Shown piece by piece: positions 8,470-17,889 of a stretch of DNA of 64,000 nucleotides. Both the position numbers and the translations under genes were made by a program. Source of the DNA: Candidatus Latescibacterota bacterium. GTDB lineage: Bacteria; Latescibacterota; UBA2968; GCA-2709665. The notes below the pieces were generated by a model that did not search any database, was not told where the DNA came from, and was given only the letters and a program-made list of their open reading frames with translations. Within the stretch, counting starts at the first letter, position 1. Each line of letters begins with the position of its first letter. Location of the stretch: positions 1,408,001 to 1,472,000 of the forward strand of contig OZ241917.1 of NCBI GenBank assembly GCA_965203805.1, in the 5' to 3' direction.

Positions 8470-11400
8470 TCAGAAGAGGCTGAGCTGATCCGCCTGCCTG
8501 ACCCGCCGCTGCGCGGCCAGGCGTTCCCGCTTCAGGAGTCCCGTTGGAATATCCTCGAGGAACCGGGACGGCGCCGGGCGGGTCCGTTCGCCGAAACGCA
8601 ACCTGCTCCGCGCGCAGAGCATCACGGCCTCGTCCTTTGCACGGGTCAGTCCCACGAACAGCAGCCGCCGCTCCTCCTCCGGGTCCGCGTCCGCGTGCGG
8701 AATCAGACCCTCCTCAACGCCGCAGATGAACACCACCGGATACTCCAGCCCCTTGGATGCATGCAGGGTAGACAACGTCACAGCCTCCGCCGGCGGCCGC
8801 GCAACCCCGCCGATACGTATGTAATCCGCGTCTGCGCCCAGCACAAGTGTATCGAGGAATCTCCGCATCGTTTCGAAGCTGACCGCCATTCGCGCCAGGC
8901 GGTCCAGATCGTCGTCCTCTTCCGACCCGGCCACTTCCTTCCAACGCCTGACCAGGACTTCGACGGATTCCGTTTTCGCCAGGGTTCTGAACGCCGCGGC
9001 TGCATCGCTCAGCGCCGAAACCTTCTCACTCACGGATGACGGCAGGTCGCTATCGACGATGCCATCATCGGTTCGGGGAATCCGATCGAGCGCTGCCTTT
9101 CCAGGATGAAAAACGGGGATCGCCAGCGCGCGCAGGAGACGTGAGCGTGCTCCGGGCCGGAACGCGTAGTTGAAGAACGCGAGTGCGTGCCGTACAGGCT
9201 CCGACGAGAGGAACCCCTTCTGACCAACCACACGGTACGGCAGTCCTTCTTCCACAAAGCATCGCTCAATCGCCTCCGCCTGGCGGCCGGTCCTGAACAA
9301 CACGACAAAATCCGACAGACTGCGGTCGCCCCGTCCCGTTGCCGGATCCCGTCCACCTGCCTCACCGGCCTGCAGCATATCCGCGCCGCCCATCATCCGG
9401 CTGATCTCACGGACCACCGCAATCCCCTCCGCCGTCTCCCCTGGCACGGAAACCAGGCGGACGGCAACGCCCTCTCCGCGAACGGCTTCCAGCCGGCCCG
9501 CACTCCGGATCACTGAGGTTGCCGCATCGACAACCTGCCGCGTGGCACGGTACGTTCTCTTCAGAACAAACGTCCGTGCGGCCGGAAGATCCTCGCGCAG
9601 CCTGCGAAAATACGCGGGACTCGCGCCACGGAATCCGTAGATGGCCTGGTCCGGATCGCCGATGACGAACAGACCGGCGCCATTGCGGGAGAGCGCAGTC
9701 ACCAGCCGGTACTGCACCGCATTCACGTCCTGGAACTCGTCCACGAGCACGTGCCCGAACCGATTTAGGACCCGGTCGGATGCTTCGTCGCCTTGCCGCA
9801 GCACCGCCAGAAACTCCAGCAGAATATCGTCGTAGTCCCAGACACCCAGCCTGTGCAACCGGCCCTGGTACGCCTGGTAGAGGCCGCGCAATTTCTCCGG
9901 CGCCTCCAACAGCGGATCGGTCTTCGCCAGTGAGATCGCCGACCGGGCATCCCGGACGGACAGGCCGATATCCGCATCGGCGATAATCTCCGCCACTACC
10001 TGCGCGGCCTCCGCCTCGTCGATCACCTGCCGCATCTCTCCGGGTCGGCAGGACTTCATCAGGTCCAGCGCCGCAGCGTGGAAAGTACCAAGCATCAGCC
10101 CGTTCAGCCCGTTGGCCCGGGGCAACAGCGCGCGAACACGTTCCCGCATTTCCGCGGCGGCCTTATTGGTAAACGTCACCGCCAGGATCGACGCCGGGTG
10201 CACACCCTCCTCCCCGATCAGCCTGGCGACACGATGGGTCAATACCCGTGTCTTGCCAGTGCCTGGACCCGCCTCTACGATCACCGGACCGGCGTCACAG
10301 ATAACAGCCGCCCGCTGTACTTCGTCCAATCCGCCCGGGTCCGCGACGTCGCCTGTCTCTTGCGCTTCACCGTTCCCGCCAGCGGGCGCTTCGGCCTGCG
10401 GCGGCGTTTTGGATGGCGTCACCGGCGTCGGCGCTTCCGGTCCGGAGGGCAGATCGAACAGCGCGGGCTGGCGGCTCAGGCGAGCGCGGTCCTCGTCCGA
10501 GAACACCTGGATTCGCCCGTACACACCGTCGTAGCCGGCGGCAATTTTCACCTCCCCGGTCCGCATTCGCCGCACGCCTTCCGCCACGAGCGGTTCGCCG
10601 GCGACGGCAATCGCTTCGGGGGACGCATCCCGCAAAATGCCGAGTTCGGGCCCCATGTCCGCAAGCAGCCTTTCGTACACCCCCTGGACTCTCTTGCTGG
10701 TTGGCCCCACACCGAGCACGGAACCGATAATCTCCGGCAGCGGAATCAGATTCTCATACGGCGGCGCCACGGCCGGCCTGCCGCCCTCCTCCCGGTCCGC
10801 CAACTGCTCGACGCGGTGCAGTACGCCCACGGTCAACCGCTTGCCGCATTCCGGGCACACACAATCCGCCGCAAGCGACTGCCTCGGCTCCCAGCAGATT
10901 CCGCATTTCCGATGCCCGTCCAGGTGATACTTGCCTTCTTCGGGATAGAACTCGAGCGTCCCCAGGAACCGATCGGGATCTCTGGTTTTCAGCGCGTCGT
11001 ACATGCCCCGGTACGACAATTCGGTATCGAAACAGGTGGCCTCCCGCGCCAGTTTCTGCGGGGAATGCGCGTCCGAATTGGAAACGATCGCATACCTGTC
11101 CAGCATCGACAGGCGCCAGTTCATCGGCGGATCCGACGAGAGCCCCGTCTCCACGGCGAAGATCGCCGGCAGCATGTCCTCGAAACACTCCTCGAGTGTG
11201 TCGAACCCGGAACTGGCGCCCAGCACCGCAAAATGGGGCGTCCAGATATGCGCCGGAATGAACAGCGCGTCGCCGGCCGCTTCCATGCAGATTTCCACGA
11301 GGTCCCGGCTGTCCAGGCCGAGGATAGGCCGCCCGTCCGATTTAAGGTTTCCGATGTCTCCCAGGCGGGCATTCAACCGCTCGACCGCCTCGAAACCGGG

Positions 11401-11739
11401 CATCAGTACGACGTGGTGCACCTTGCGGGTCCGGTCGTTCTTCTTGTAGATCACGCTGATCTCGGTAGACAGCACAAACCGAACCGTTCCCCGGCACCGT
11501 TCCGGGAGGTCATCGTCCACCGCAGCCTGCAGGGCCGGCTTTAGCCGGAACAGCCCCTCCTCCGCGGGCTCCAGGCGGTCCTTCAGCTCCTCGATCCATT
11601 CGGGATGGGTGAAATCGCCCGTTCCGACCACGTTCACGCCCTTGAGCGCGGACCACTTGTAGAGATTCTCCGGGTTCAGTTGACGGCTCGTCGCCCTGGA
11701 AAACCGGGAGTGCAGGTGTACGTCCGCCACAAATCGCAT
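8470..11739 (-). CDS. Endonuclease Q-like PHP domain fused to UvrD/REP SF1 helicase
   Basis: N-term DVHLHSRFSRATS, GTGDFTHP, ETGLSSD, SNSDAHS, Zn site HRKC..CPECG; C-term AGPGTGKT, DEFQD, GDPDQAIYGFRG, TLHASKGLE, FVGLTRA. Confidence 0.9.
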   Translation of the reverse strand: MRFVADVHLHSRFSRATSRQLNPENLYKWSALKGVNVVGTGDFTHPEWIEELKDRLEPAEEGLFRLKPALQAAVDDDLPERCRGTVRFVLSTEISVIYKKNDRTRKVHHVVLMPGFEAVERLNARLGDIGNLKSDGRPILGLDSRDLVEICMEAAGDALFIPAHIWTPHFAVLGASSGFDTLEECFEDMLPAIFAVETGLSSDPPMNWRLSMLDRYAIVSNSDAHSPQKLAREATCFDTELSYRGMYDALKTRDPDRFLGTLEFYPEEGKYHLDGHRKCGICWEPRQSLAADCVCPECGKRLTVGVLHRVEQLADREEGGRPAVAPPYENLIPLPEIIGSVLGVGPTSKRVQGVYERLLADMGPELGILRDASPEAIAVAGEPLVAEGVRRMRTGEVKIAAGYDGVYGRIQVFSDEDRARLSRQPALFDLPSGPEAPTPVTPSKTPPQAEAPAGGNGEAQETGDVADPGGLDEVQRAAVICDAGPVIVEAGPGTGKTRVLTHRVARLIGEEGVHPASILAVTFTNKAAAEMRERVRALLPRANGLNGLMLGTFHAAALDLMKSCRPGEMRQVIDEAEAAQVVAEIIADADIGLSVRDARSAISLAKTDPLLEAPEKLRGLYQAYQGRLHRLGVWDYDDILLEFLAVLRQGDEASDRVLNRFGHVLVDEFQDVNAVQYRLVTALSRNGAGLFVIGDPDQAIYGFRGASPAYFRRLREDLPAARTFVLKRTYRATRQVVDAATSVIRSAGRLEAVRGEGVAVRLVSVPGETAEGIAVVREISRMMGGADMLQAGEAGGRDPATGRGDRSLSDFVVLFRTGRQAEAIERCFVEEGLPYRVVGQKGFLSSEPVRHALAFFNYAFRPGARSRLLRALAIPVFHPGKAALDRIPRTDDGIVDSDLPSSVSEKVSALSDAAAAFRTLAKTESVEVLVRRWKEVAGSEEDDDLDRLARMAVSFETMRRFLDTLVLGADADYIRIGGVARPPAEAVTLSTLHASKGLEYPVVFICGVEEGLIPHADADPEEERRLLFVGLTRAKDEAVMLCARSRLRFGERTRPAPSRFLEDIPTGLLKRERLAAQRRVRQADQLSLF

Positions 11740-11770
11740 CGGGGTTCCTTTAGCCTACGTGATTTACAAA

Positions 11771-12012
11771 CATGGACTTACATGGATGAACAGGATGAAC
11801 AGGATAAAGACCAACGAAAAAGAAAATCACAAGATCTGAAAAATTCATAGACATAGCCCGACATGGATAGACAGGATGAACAGGATGAATACCAACGGCA
11901 ACGGCAAGAGCCAGAAGACATGATAATTCACCAACACAAACTTACATGGATGGAAAGGATGGAAACGAAGAAGCACGAGAAAACGAGAAGACGAAAAAAC
12001 GCGGGAAAACGA
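11771..12012 (+). repeat. Three degenerate copies (spacing 81 and 83 bp) of ACATGGATGAACAGGATGAACAGGAT followed by AACGAGAA-like octamers
   Basis: ACATGGAT at 11780, 11861, 11944, each followed by 9-bp GAACAGGAT-like units; strongly purine-biased strand. Confidence 0.8.
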
Positions 12013-12118
12013 GTAACTGCAGTGAGTCGAATCACCATAGAACGCGCGTCGTCACTCCGCCCACTCTGAAACCCGACATTGTACTGGCCGTGCCCGACTC
12101 CGGTGGCGGTCGCCGACC

Positions 12119-12712
12119 TCAAATGTCGTACGAAGGCTTCACGTCCCTATCGTATTTGTCGCGACTGGCCGACACGCATTGAAAGACCTGGTAACCGTTG
12201 ATTTCGACCCACATGTAGATCCTGTGGCAGATGTCGCAGACCCTCAGGACGTGGCCGCCGGGACGCTTCTCTTCGCGGTACATGATATCGTCATAGCCAC
12301 CGAGAAGGCGTGCGATATCGTCCCTTGAACTTCGATCGAGGAGCAACCCGATAATCTCACGCGGAAGGTCGGCCGCGGCCTGGCGCAGACGGTTGGTGTC
12401 CACGTCCCACGGGGATTTGAGCCCCGATCCGCACGCGCACCAGCGGTCGCTCATATCCCAGTCCTTACGAAACCACCACTGGTCGAGGATACGTCTGCAA
12501 GACATGCAGAATTCGTACGAATCCGTGGGATCCATACCCTCATTTCGGATCAGATCGCCGATCCGGTCGCGCTCATTCTGCGGCAAGTCTCCGAGCTTTA
12601 CGGTCGGCGTGTGACACCACCGGCATCGACGGGAACTCTTCCGTAGAAATATAACCAGCGCGATAAACCCGATGATCAGAAGCGCCGAGAAAACCAGATG
12701 CCCGGTTCCCAT
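12119..12712 (-). CDS. Membrane-anchored Cys-rich hypothetical protein, paralog 1
   Basis: N-terminal TM helix; CRWC, CMSC, WCACG, CDICHRIYMW; GAGGAG RBS; aligns with two neighbours. Confidence 0.85.
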   Translation of the reverse strand: MGTGHLVFSALLIIGFIALVIFLRKSSRRCRWCHTPTVKLGDLPQNERDRIGDLIRNEGMDPTDSYEFCMSCRRILDQWWFRKDWDMSDRWCACGSGLKSPWDVDTNRLRQAAADLPREIIGLLLDRSSRDDIARLLGGYDDIMYREEKRPGGHVLRVCDICHRIYMWVEINGYQVFQCVSASRDKYDRDVKPSYDI

Positions 12713-12768
12713 CTATATTACTCCTCAGCCGACCCCGCGGGTGCGCGGCGCCGTTCTTCCGCGTATAT

Positions 12769-13365
12769 TCAGGTTTCAATCTGGCGGCGGTCCGATACCC
12801 CCTCGTATTTTTCACGCCCCGACGAAACACACTGAAAAACCTGAAAACCCTTGATCTCAACCCACATATATACCCTGTGGCAGATATCGCACACCCGAAG
12901 CGGATGCTCTTCCGGACTCCGCTCGAAGCGGTAATCCAGATCGTCATATCCGCGACGGAGATGCGCCATCTCGTCGGGGCTGTAGCGTTCTGAAAGCAAT
13001 GTGATAACAGCCGGAGGCAGGTCCGCCACCGCCTGCCTGAGTTTCCTTGGATCGACATCCCACGGAATCGACAGTTCATAGCCGCAAGCGCACCACCTGT
13101 CGTGCACATCCCAGTCCGCCCCAAACCACCACTCGTCATAGATTCGCCGACAGGCCTCGCACAATTCGTACGAAACCTCGGGATCCATACCTTCTTCCCG
13201 GATGAGATCGCCGATCTGCGCACGCTCCGCGTCCGGTAAATCCCCGATTTTTCGTGTTGGCGAATGGCACCAGGCGCACAGGTGGGAGTCCCTCCGGAGA
13301 AACACCATCAACGCGATGACTCCCCCGATCAAAACTGCTGCGAAAATCAGATACCAGATTATCAT
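12769..13365 (-). CDS. Membrane-anchored Cys-rich hypothetical protein, paralog 2
   Basis: TM helix; CAWC, CEAC, WCACG, CDICHRVYMW, GFQVFQCVS. Confidence 0.85.
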   Translation of the reverse strand: MIIWYLIFAAVLIGGVIALMVFLRRDSHLCAWCHSPTRKIGDLPDAERAQIGDLIREEGMDPEVSYELCEACRRIYDEWWFGADWDVHDRWCACGYELSIPWDVDPRKLRQAVADLPPAVITLLSERYSPDEMAHLRRGYDDLDYRFERSPEEHPLRVCDICHRVYMWVEIKGFQVFQCVSSGREKYEGVSDRRQIET

Positions 13366-13446
13366 TGCAATTGACCCTCGCCGAGCCCGGAGCCCGGCAT
13401 CAACGCACTCCCCGGAAAACCGGTAGACATCATTCGCGCCCCGACA

Positions 13447-14028
13447 TCAGTCCGGCCGATCGTATTTGGCCGTGTCGCCCGATACAACCTGGAATACCTG
13501 AAAGCCCTTGACTGGCAACCACATATAGATCCGGAAACAGCTTCTACAGACGAACAGGATATGGTCGTTGGACACGGACGAGTACAGACGTTCGTGCAGC
13601 CCTTCCTTCCCGTATTTTCGCTCAATATACGCCATGATTTCCGAGGGGATTCCACGCAGCGCGGATTTCAGCGCATCGGTATCGACGATCAAAGCGGGTC
13701 GCGACAGGTCGCAGCCACAGGCGCACTGGCGATCGATCAACTCCCAGTCCATGCGGTGCGGGCGATTGTCGCTGAACCAGCGCCAGTCGTAAACGCGCTT
13801 GCACTTCGGACAGACCTCGTACTTCTCCGGCTCCCCGGGCATTTCCTCTTCCTGAATCAGCCGCCGTACCTGTTCCGCTTCGTCACGCGGCAAACGTTCG
13901 ATCGGCGCCGTCGATTTCATACACCATCTGCATCGACGTATCCGGTGCTTCGTCAGAAACACGACGACGATAACCGCAGCCATAACGCCTGCTGTAAAGA
14001 TGGCGATTTCTTCGACGGCAACGTCCAT
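13447..14028 (-). CDS. Membrane-anchored Cys-rich hypothetical protein, paralog 3 (most diverged)
   Basis: TM helix; CRWC, CPKC, QCACG, CRSCFRIYMW, GFQVFQVVS; start set at ATG 14028 by alignment to paralogs. Confidence 0.8.
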   Translation of the reverse strand: MDVAVEEIAIFTAGVMAAVIVVVFLTKHRIRRCRWCMKSTAPIERLPRDEAEQVRRLIQEEEMPGEPEKYEVCPKCKRVYDWRWFSDNRPHRMDWELIDRQCACGCDLSRPALIVDTDALKSALRGIPSEIMAYIERKYGKEGLHERLYSSVSNDHILFVCRSCFRIYMWLPVKGFQVFQVVSGDTAKYDRPD

Positions 14029-14267
14029 GGAGACGTCCGCTCTGACGTAAACCTGGATCGGATGATTGCGACAGTTGAATTGTTGTGATTTCAGGCAGGT
14101 AATGTACTGTTCAGTATAGCGTTTCGCCGTTCGAAATACAAGCACCGAGACAATGGCGAAACCGGGACATTTCGCGTCATCGTCGACTCACCCAATAGGG
14201 GCCCTTGCAGCGCCGCGTAAGGTGGACGATAGACCGGGAACTCGGCGACCGTTGAGCCCAAATCAGA

Positions 14268-14296
14268 TTGACCGGACGTTCGATTCCGCCTATATT
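14268..14296 (+). promoter_or_regulatory. Putative sigma70 promoter of defence operon
   Basis: TTGACC-17 bp-TATATT, 150 bp upstream of the helicase. Confidence 0.5.
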
Positions 14297-14445
14297 GCTC
14301 ACCCTACGTAATTTTACAACTATGTAGTCCATATTCGAGTGCTTTGATCGAAAACCCGAACGATCAAATGGTACCGTGATTCGCAGCGGATAATGGTCCG
14401 CATATTGCATCCGTATGACAATGATATCGGCGAGGGAGTCTTGAT

Positions 14446-15579
14446 TTGAGCGTTGAAACCCCGATTCGTGAAGGACAGACCCTGACAGGACCACAGTTTG
14501 ATGAACCGATGCATGTGGAAACGATCCGCACCAACGGCGTTGGCGTCTGGATTGCCGGGCTCGTCGGTCAGCGAACAGAAAGGTTCCGAAGGGTCACGTT
14601 AACGTCCGATGATATCGCCAATCTGACCATCGCCGACTCCTCGCTCTCGTACGAAGGTGACGGCAGACTACTGCGCATCGGTCTGCAGGCATACTCACTC
14701 GGCATTGCCTACGAGTTCGACCCCTATTTCGGACTATCTATCTCGCGTGTTGATCCACTTCCCCACCAACTCGAAGCCGTCTACGAACACCTTCTCAAGC
14801 TGCCAACGGTACGCTTCCTTCTCGCCGACGACGCGGGAGCGGGCAAAACCATCATGGCGGGACTGTTGATCCGGGAACTCAAACTCCGTGGACTGATCGA
14901 ACGCATTCTCGTGGTGTGCCCCGCAAATCTCGCATTTCAATGGCAACGCGAATTGAACGAAAAATTCGACGAGAAATTCTTTGTACTCAAAGGCGGCGAC
15001 CTACGTGACCAATTCGGCGTCAATCAATGGCTGGAACAAAACCAGATCATTACGTCGCTCGACCTCGCCAAACGCAGCGAAATCCTTCCTGGATTGGAGC
15101 AGGTTCGGTGGGACCTGGTAATTGTCGACGAAGCGCACCGCATGTCCGCGCGTGATGAGACTCACAAGAGCCAGCGGTACCGCCTTGGGGAAATGCTGCG
15201 GGACAGTGCAGACCACGTGTTGTTACTGACCGCCACGCCACATAAGGGAGATCCACAGAACTTTACCCTGTTCTTGCAGCTACTCGATCGCGACGCATAC
15301 GCCGATGTCAGTTCCATCCGCGAGGCAATGAATCAAAGGCGCGCGCCGTTCTACCTGCGCCGTACCAAAGAAGCCATGGTCTACTTTCCCGAGCGTCAGG
15401 AAAATGGCACGTGGACCGCAAAACCTGTGTTCACCAGACGAATCCCACGCACCGCGGATTTCGCAATCGATGGTCCCGAGTTTGAACTTATCGGACAATT
15501 ACCCGATTCGTTAAACGACAATGCACTCGAGCCGCAGCCCACGGCGACGACCCGCGGGCGCGCGCAGTCGGATTCTTAA
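14446..15579 (+). CDS. SNF2-family helicase, N-terminal part (frameshift near 15489)
   Basis: DPLPHQ, LADDAGAGKT, IVDEAH, LTATPH; helicase-like sequence continues in the -1 frame from 15489. Confidence 0.85.
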   Translation: MSVETPIREGQTLTGPQFDEPMHVETIRTNGVGVWIAGLVGQRTERFRRVTLTSDDIANLTIADSSLSYEGDGRLLRIGLQAYSLGIAYEFDPYFGLSISRVDPLPHQLEAVYEHLLKLPTVRFLLADDAGAGKTIMAGLLIRELKLRGLIERILVVCPANLAFQWQRELNEKFDEKFFVLKGGDLRDQFGVNQWLEQNQIITSLDLAKRSEILPGLEQVRWDLVIVDEAHRMSARDETHKSQRYRLGEMLRDSADHVLLLTATPHKGDPQNFTLFLQLLDRDAYADVSSIREAMNQRRAPFYLRRTKEAMVYFPERQENGTWTAKPVFTRRIPRTADFAIDGPEFELIGQLPDSLNDNALEPQPTATTRGRAQSDS

Positions 15580-17831
15580 TGGCCTTGTACCAGCGCCGAC
15601 TCGCCTCAAGCACGTACGCTGTACGGCGATCCCTTGAGAATCGGGCGACACGCCTGGAGAAGGGCCTCAAGGAAGCACAGGTCCTGGTACAGAAAGCGCC
15701 ACCCAACATCCCCGATCCGGAAGACCTTGAGGAACTGGAGGACGCTGAACGCGAGCGACTTGAACGAATTCTCGAGGCAATAACATTGGCCGGAAACGCT
15801 GAGCAGGTACGCGAAGAAATTGCGGAACTCAGGAAGCTTGCGGAAGAAGCAAAGGAGGTCGAAGGCTCCAATGATGAAGCAAAATTAAACACGCTACAGA
15901 AGATCATGCAGGAACAAGGGTTTTTCGAACAGCGGGACCAGCGACTGCTGATTTTTACCGAGTTCAAGGACACACTCGACTATCTGATGCAACGCTTAAA
16001 GGACTGGGGCTTCAGCGTCGGCTGCATCCATGGCGGGATGAAACCAGGTTCTCGAGACGAACCCGGAAGCCGGCTCCATACCGAACAACAGTTCCGCGAA
16101 GGCAACATTCAGGTTCTCGTCGCCACTGAAGCTGCCGGAGAAGGGATCAACCTGCAGTGTTGCCACATCCTGTTTAACTACGATATCCCATGGAACCCAA
16201 ACCGACTCGAACAGCGCATGGGCCGCATCCACCGATACGGTCAACGGCGAGACTGCCTGATCTTCAACTTCGTCGCCACCAACACAATTGAAGGGCGGGT
16301 GTTACAACGACTCTTGGAGAAGCTGCAGGAGATCCGCGAAGCCCTTGATGACGACGCGGTATTCAACGTTGTGGGCGAAGTGTTGCCGTCCTCTCGGGTC
16401 GAGCGGGTACTGCGGGAATTTTACGCCGGCAAACTCGGCGAGGAAGACTTTGAAGACCGGCTCTTGAAGGACGTCGACGAAGGGAAGTTTCGGTCTATTT
16501 GCCAGACGGCGCTGGAAGGTCTGGCCTCCAGGAGGCTGAATCTGGACATGCTGATTGAGCGTCGGGCACGTGCGCAAGAGCGTCGTGTCGTTCCAGAAAC
16601 AATTGCACGCTTTATCACGGAGTGCGCCCGAGATGCGAGTCTTAACCTGAAGCCGGTAACTCGCCTAACACATACCTATGAACCTGGTCGAACGCCGACC
16701 GTATTGAAGCGGTACGAAACAGATTCGGACTGGAAACTGCCCGAATTGGCGGTCCGGTATCCTCGGTTGTCCACCGACCGTGACGCGGCCGAAGAACACA
16801 ACCTTGAGTGGGTGACTCCCGGACACCCTCTGTTTGAAGCCCTGCGCCGACACAGTCTGGACCTCAGTCAGGCCGCTTTTGCTAACGGCGCATGCTTCCA
16901 TTCTCTCACACATGACGCCCCGGCGCGTTTCGACTTTTACCGTGCGCGGGTGGTGGACGGTCTCGGAAGAGTTATCCACGAACGGCTGTTCACCGTTGAG
17001 ATATCGAGTGAAGGCGCCCCGAGCCTAAGCGGTCCTGACGCCCTTGGTGACTTGATTCCGACAAAGAACCCGGATAAATTGCCGGAGGTGGCCTCGCTTA
17101 CGGAAGAGACAGCCTGGCTGAACGAGCACGCGCTGCTTCCCTTCATTGAGGAAGTTCGCACGGAGCGGCTGGCCGAGATGGATCGAATTGCCGAGCACGT
17201 AGAACTTTCCTTGACGGAAGTACTTCAGCGGATCGATGAAGAAATAGGCCGCGCCGCTGAAGAAGTCGAGAATGACGTGACCGGCGCCGAAGGTCGCCTG
17301 GCACAGGCCGAAGCCCGACATGGCGAGGTCCTTACGCGACGCGAGCGCAGACGTGAGGAACTTGAACAACAACGCGCGGTAACACTTCAGGCCGTCGAGC
17401 GGTTGGCAAGCGCACTCGTCCTCCCTCATCCCGAGAACGAGACCCTGGACGTCCGGCGGCTGCGCCCCCATCCTGAAACTGAAATGACCGCCATGCGGGT
17501 GGTTATGGAACACGAAACCGCACAGGGACGCCAAGTGTACGACGTCCATAAGAAAAACCTCGGTTACGACGTCACTAGCCTTGATCTGCGATCAGGCGAA
17601 TTGCGACTGATCGAAGTAAAGGGATTGGCTCGCGACTCAGGTAGCATCCTCCTCACACCGAACGAACGCCGCGTCGCCGAAGATCGTCCTGATTGCTTTT
17701 GGCTCTACGTCGTCACCAACTGCGCGAACGAGCCAGAACTTCAAGAACCGATCAAAGATCCCGCGCGGTATCCGTGGCAGAAAGTGACCAAAGTGGCACA
17801 CTACTATTTAAGCGTGAATGCTCTCAAATAG
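15579..17831 (+). CDS. SNF2 helicase C-terminal part with DUF3883 PD-(D/E)xK nuclease domain
   Basis: LIFTEFKDT, ATEAAGEGINLQ, PWNPNRLEQRMGRIHRYGQ; C-term GYDVTS..IEVKG; this frame is open upstream to 15489. Confidence 0.85.
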   Translation: MALYQRRLASSTYAVRRSLENRATRLEKGLKEAQVLVQKAPPNIPDPEDLEELEDAERERLERILEAITLAGNAEQVREEIAELRKLAEEAKEVEGSNDEAKLNTLQKIMQEQGFFEQRDQRLLIFTEFKDTLDYLMQRLKDWGFSVGCIHGGMKPGSRDEPGSRLHTEQQFREGNIQVLVATEAAGEGINLQCCHILFNYDIPWNPNRLEQRMGRIHRYGQRRDCLIFNFVATNTIEGRVLQRLLEKLQEIREALDDDAVFNVVGEVLPSSRVERVLREFYAGKLGEEDFEDRLLKDVDEGKFRSICQTALEGLASRRLNLDMLIERRARAQERRVVPETIARFITECARDASLNLKPVTRLTHTYEPGRTPTVLKRYETDSDWKLPELAVRYPRLSTDRDAAEEHNLEWVTPGHPLFEALRRHSLDLSQAAFANGACFHSLTHDAPARFDFYRARVVDGLGRVIHERLFTVEISSEGAPSLSGPDALGDLIPTKNPDKLPEVASLTEETAWLNEHALLPFIEEVRTERLAEMDRIAEHVELSLTEVLQRIDEEIGRAAEEVENDVTGAEGRLAQAEARHGEVLTRRERRREELEQQRAVTLQAVERLASALVLPHPENETLDVRRLRPHPETEMTAMRVVMEHETAQGRQVYDVHKKNLGYDVTSLDLRSGELRLIEVKGLARDSGSILLTPNERRVAEDRPDCFWLYVVTNCANEPELQEPIKDPARYPWQKVTKVAHYYLSVNALK

Positions 17832-17889
17832 CCGATTGAATTCACAGAAGCGATCTTGTCGCGTCTCGATATGAGAAAGCACTGTTAGC

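Noticed and set aside
11771-11965. CRISPR array
   Set aside because: Only three degenerate, low-complexity, non-palindromic units; no cas genes; copies are dispersed elsewhere in the window
15481-15495. Programmed -1 ribosomal frameshift in the helicase
   Set aside because: No X XXY YYZ slippery heptamer or long homopolymer at the site
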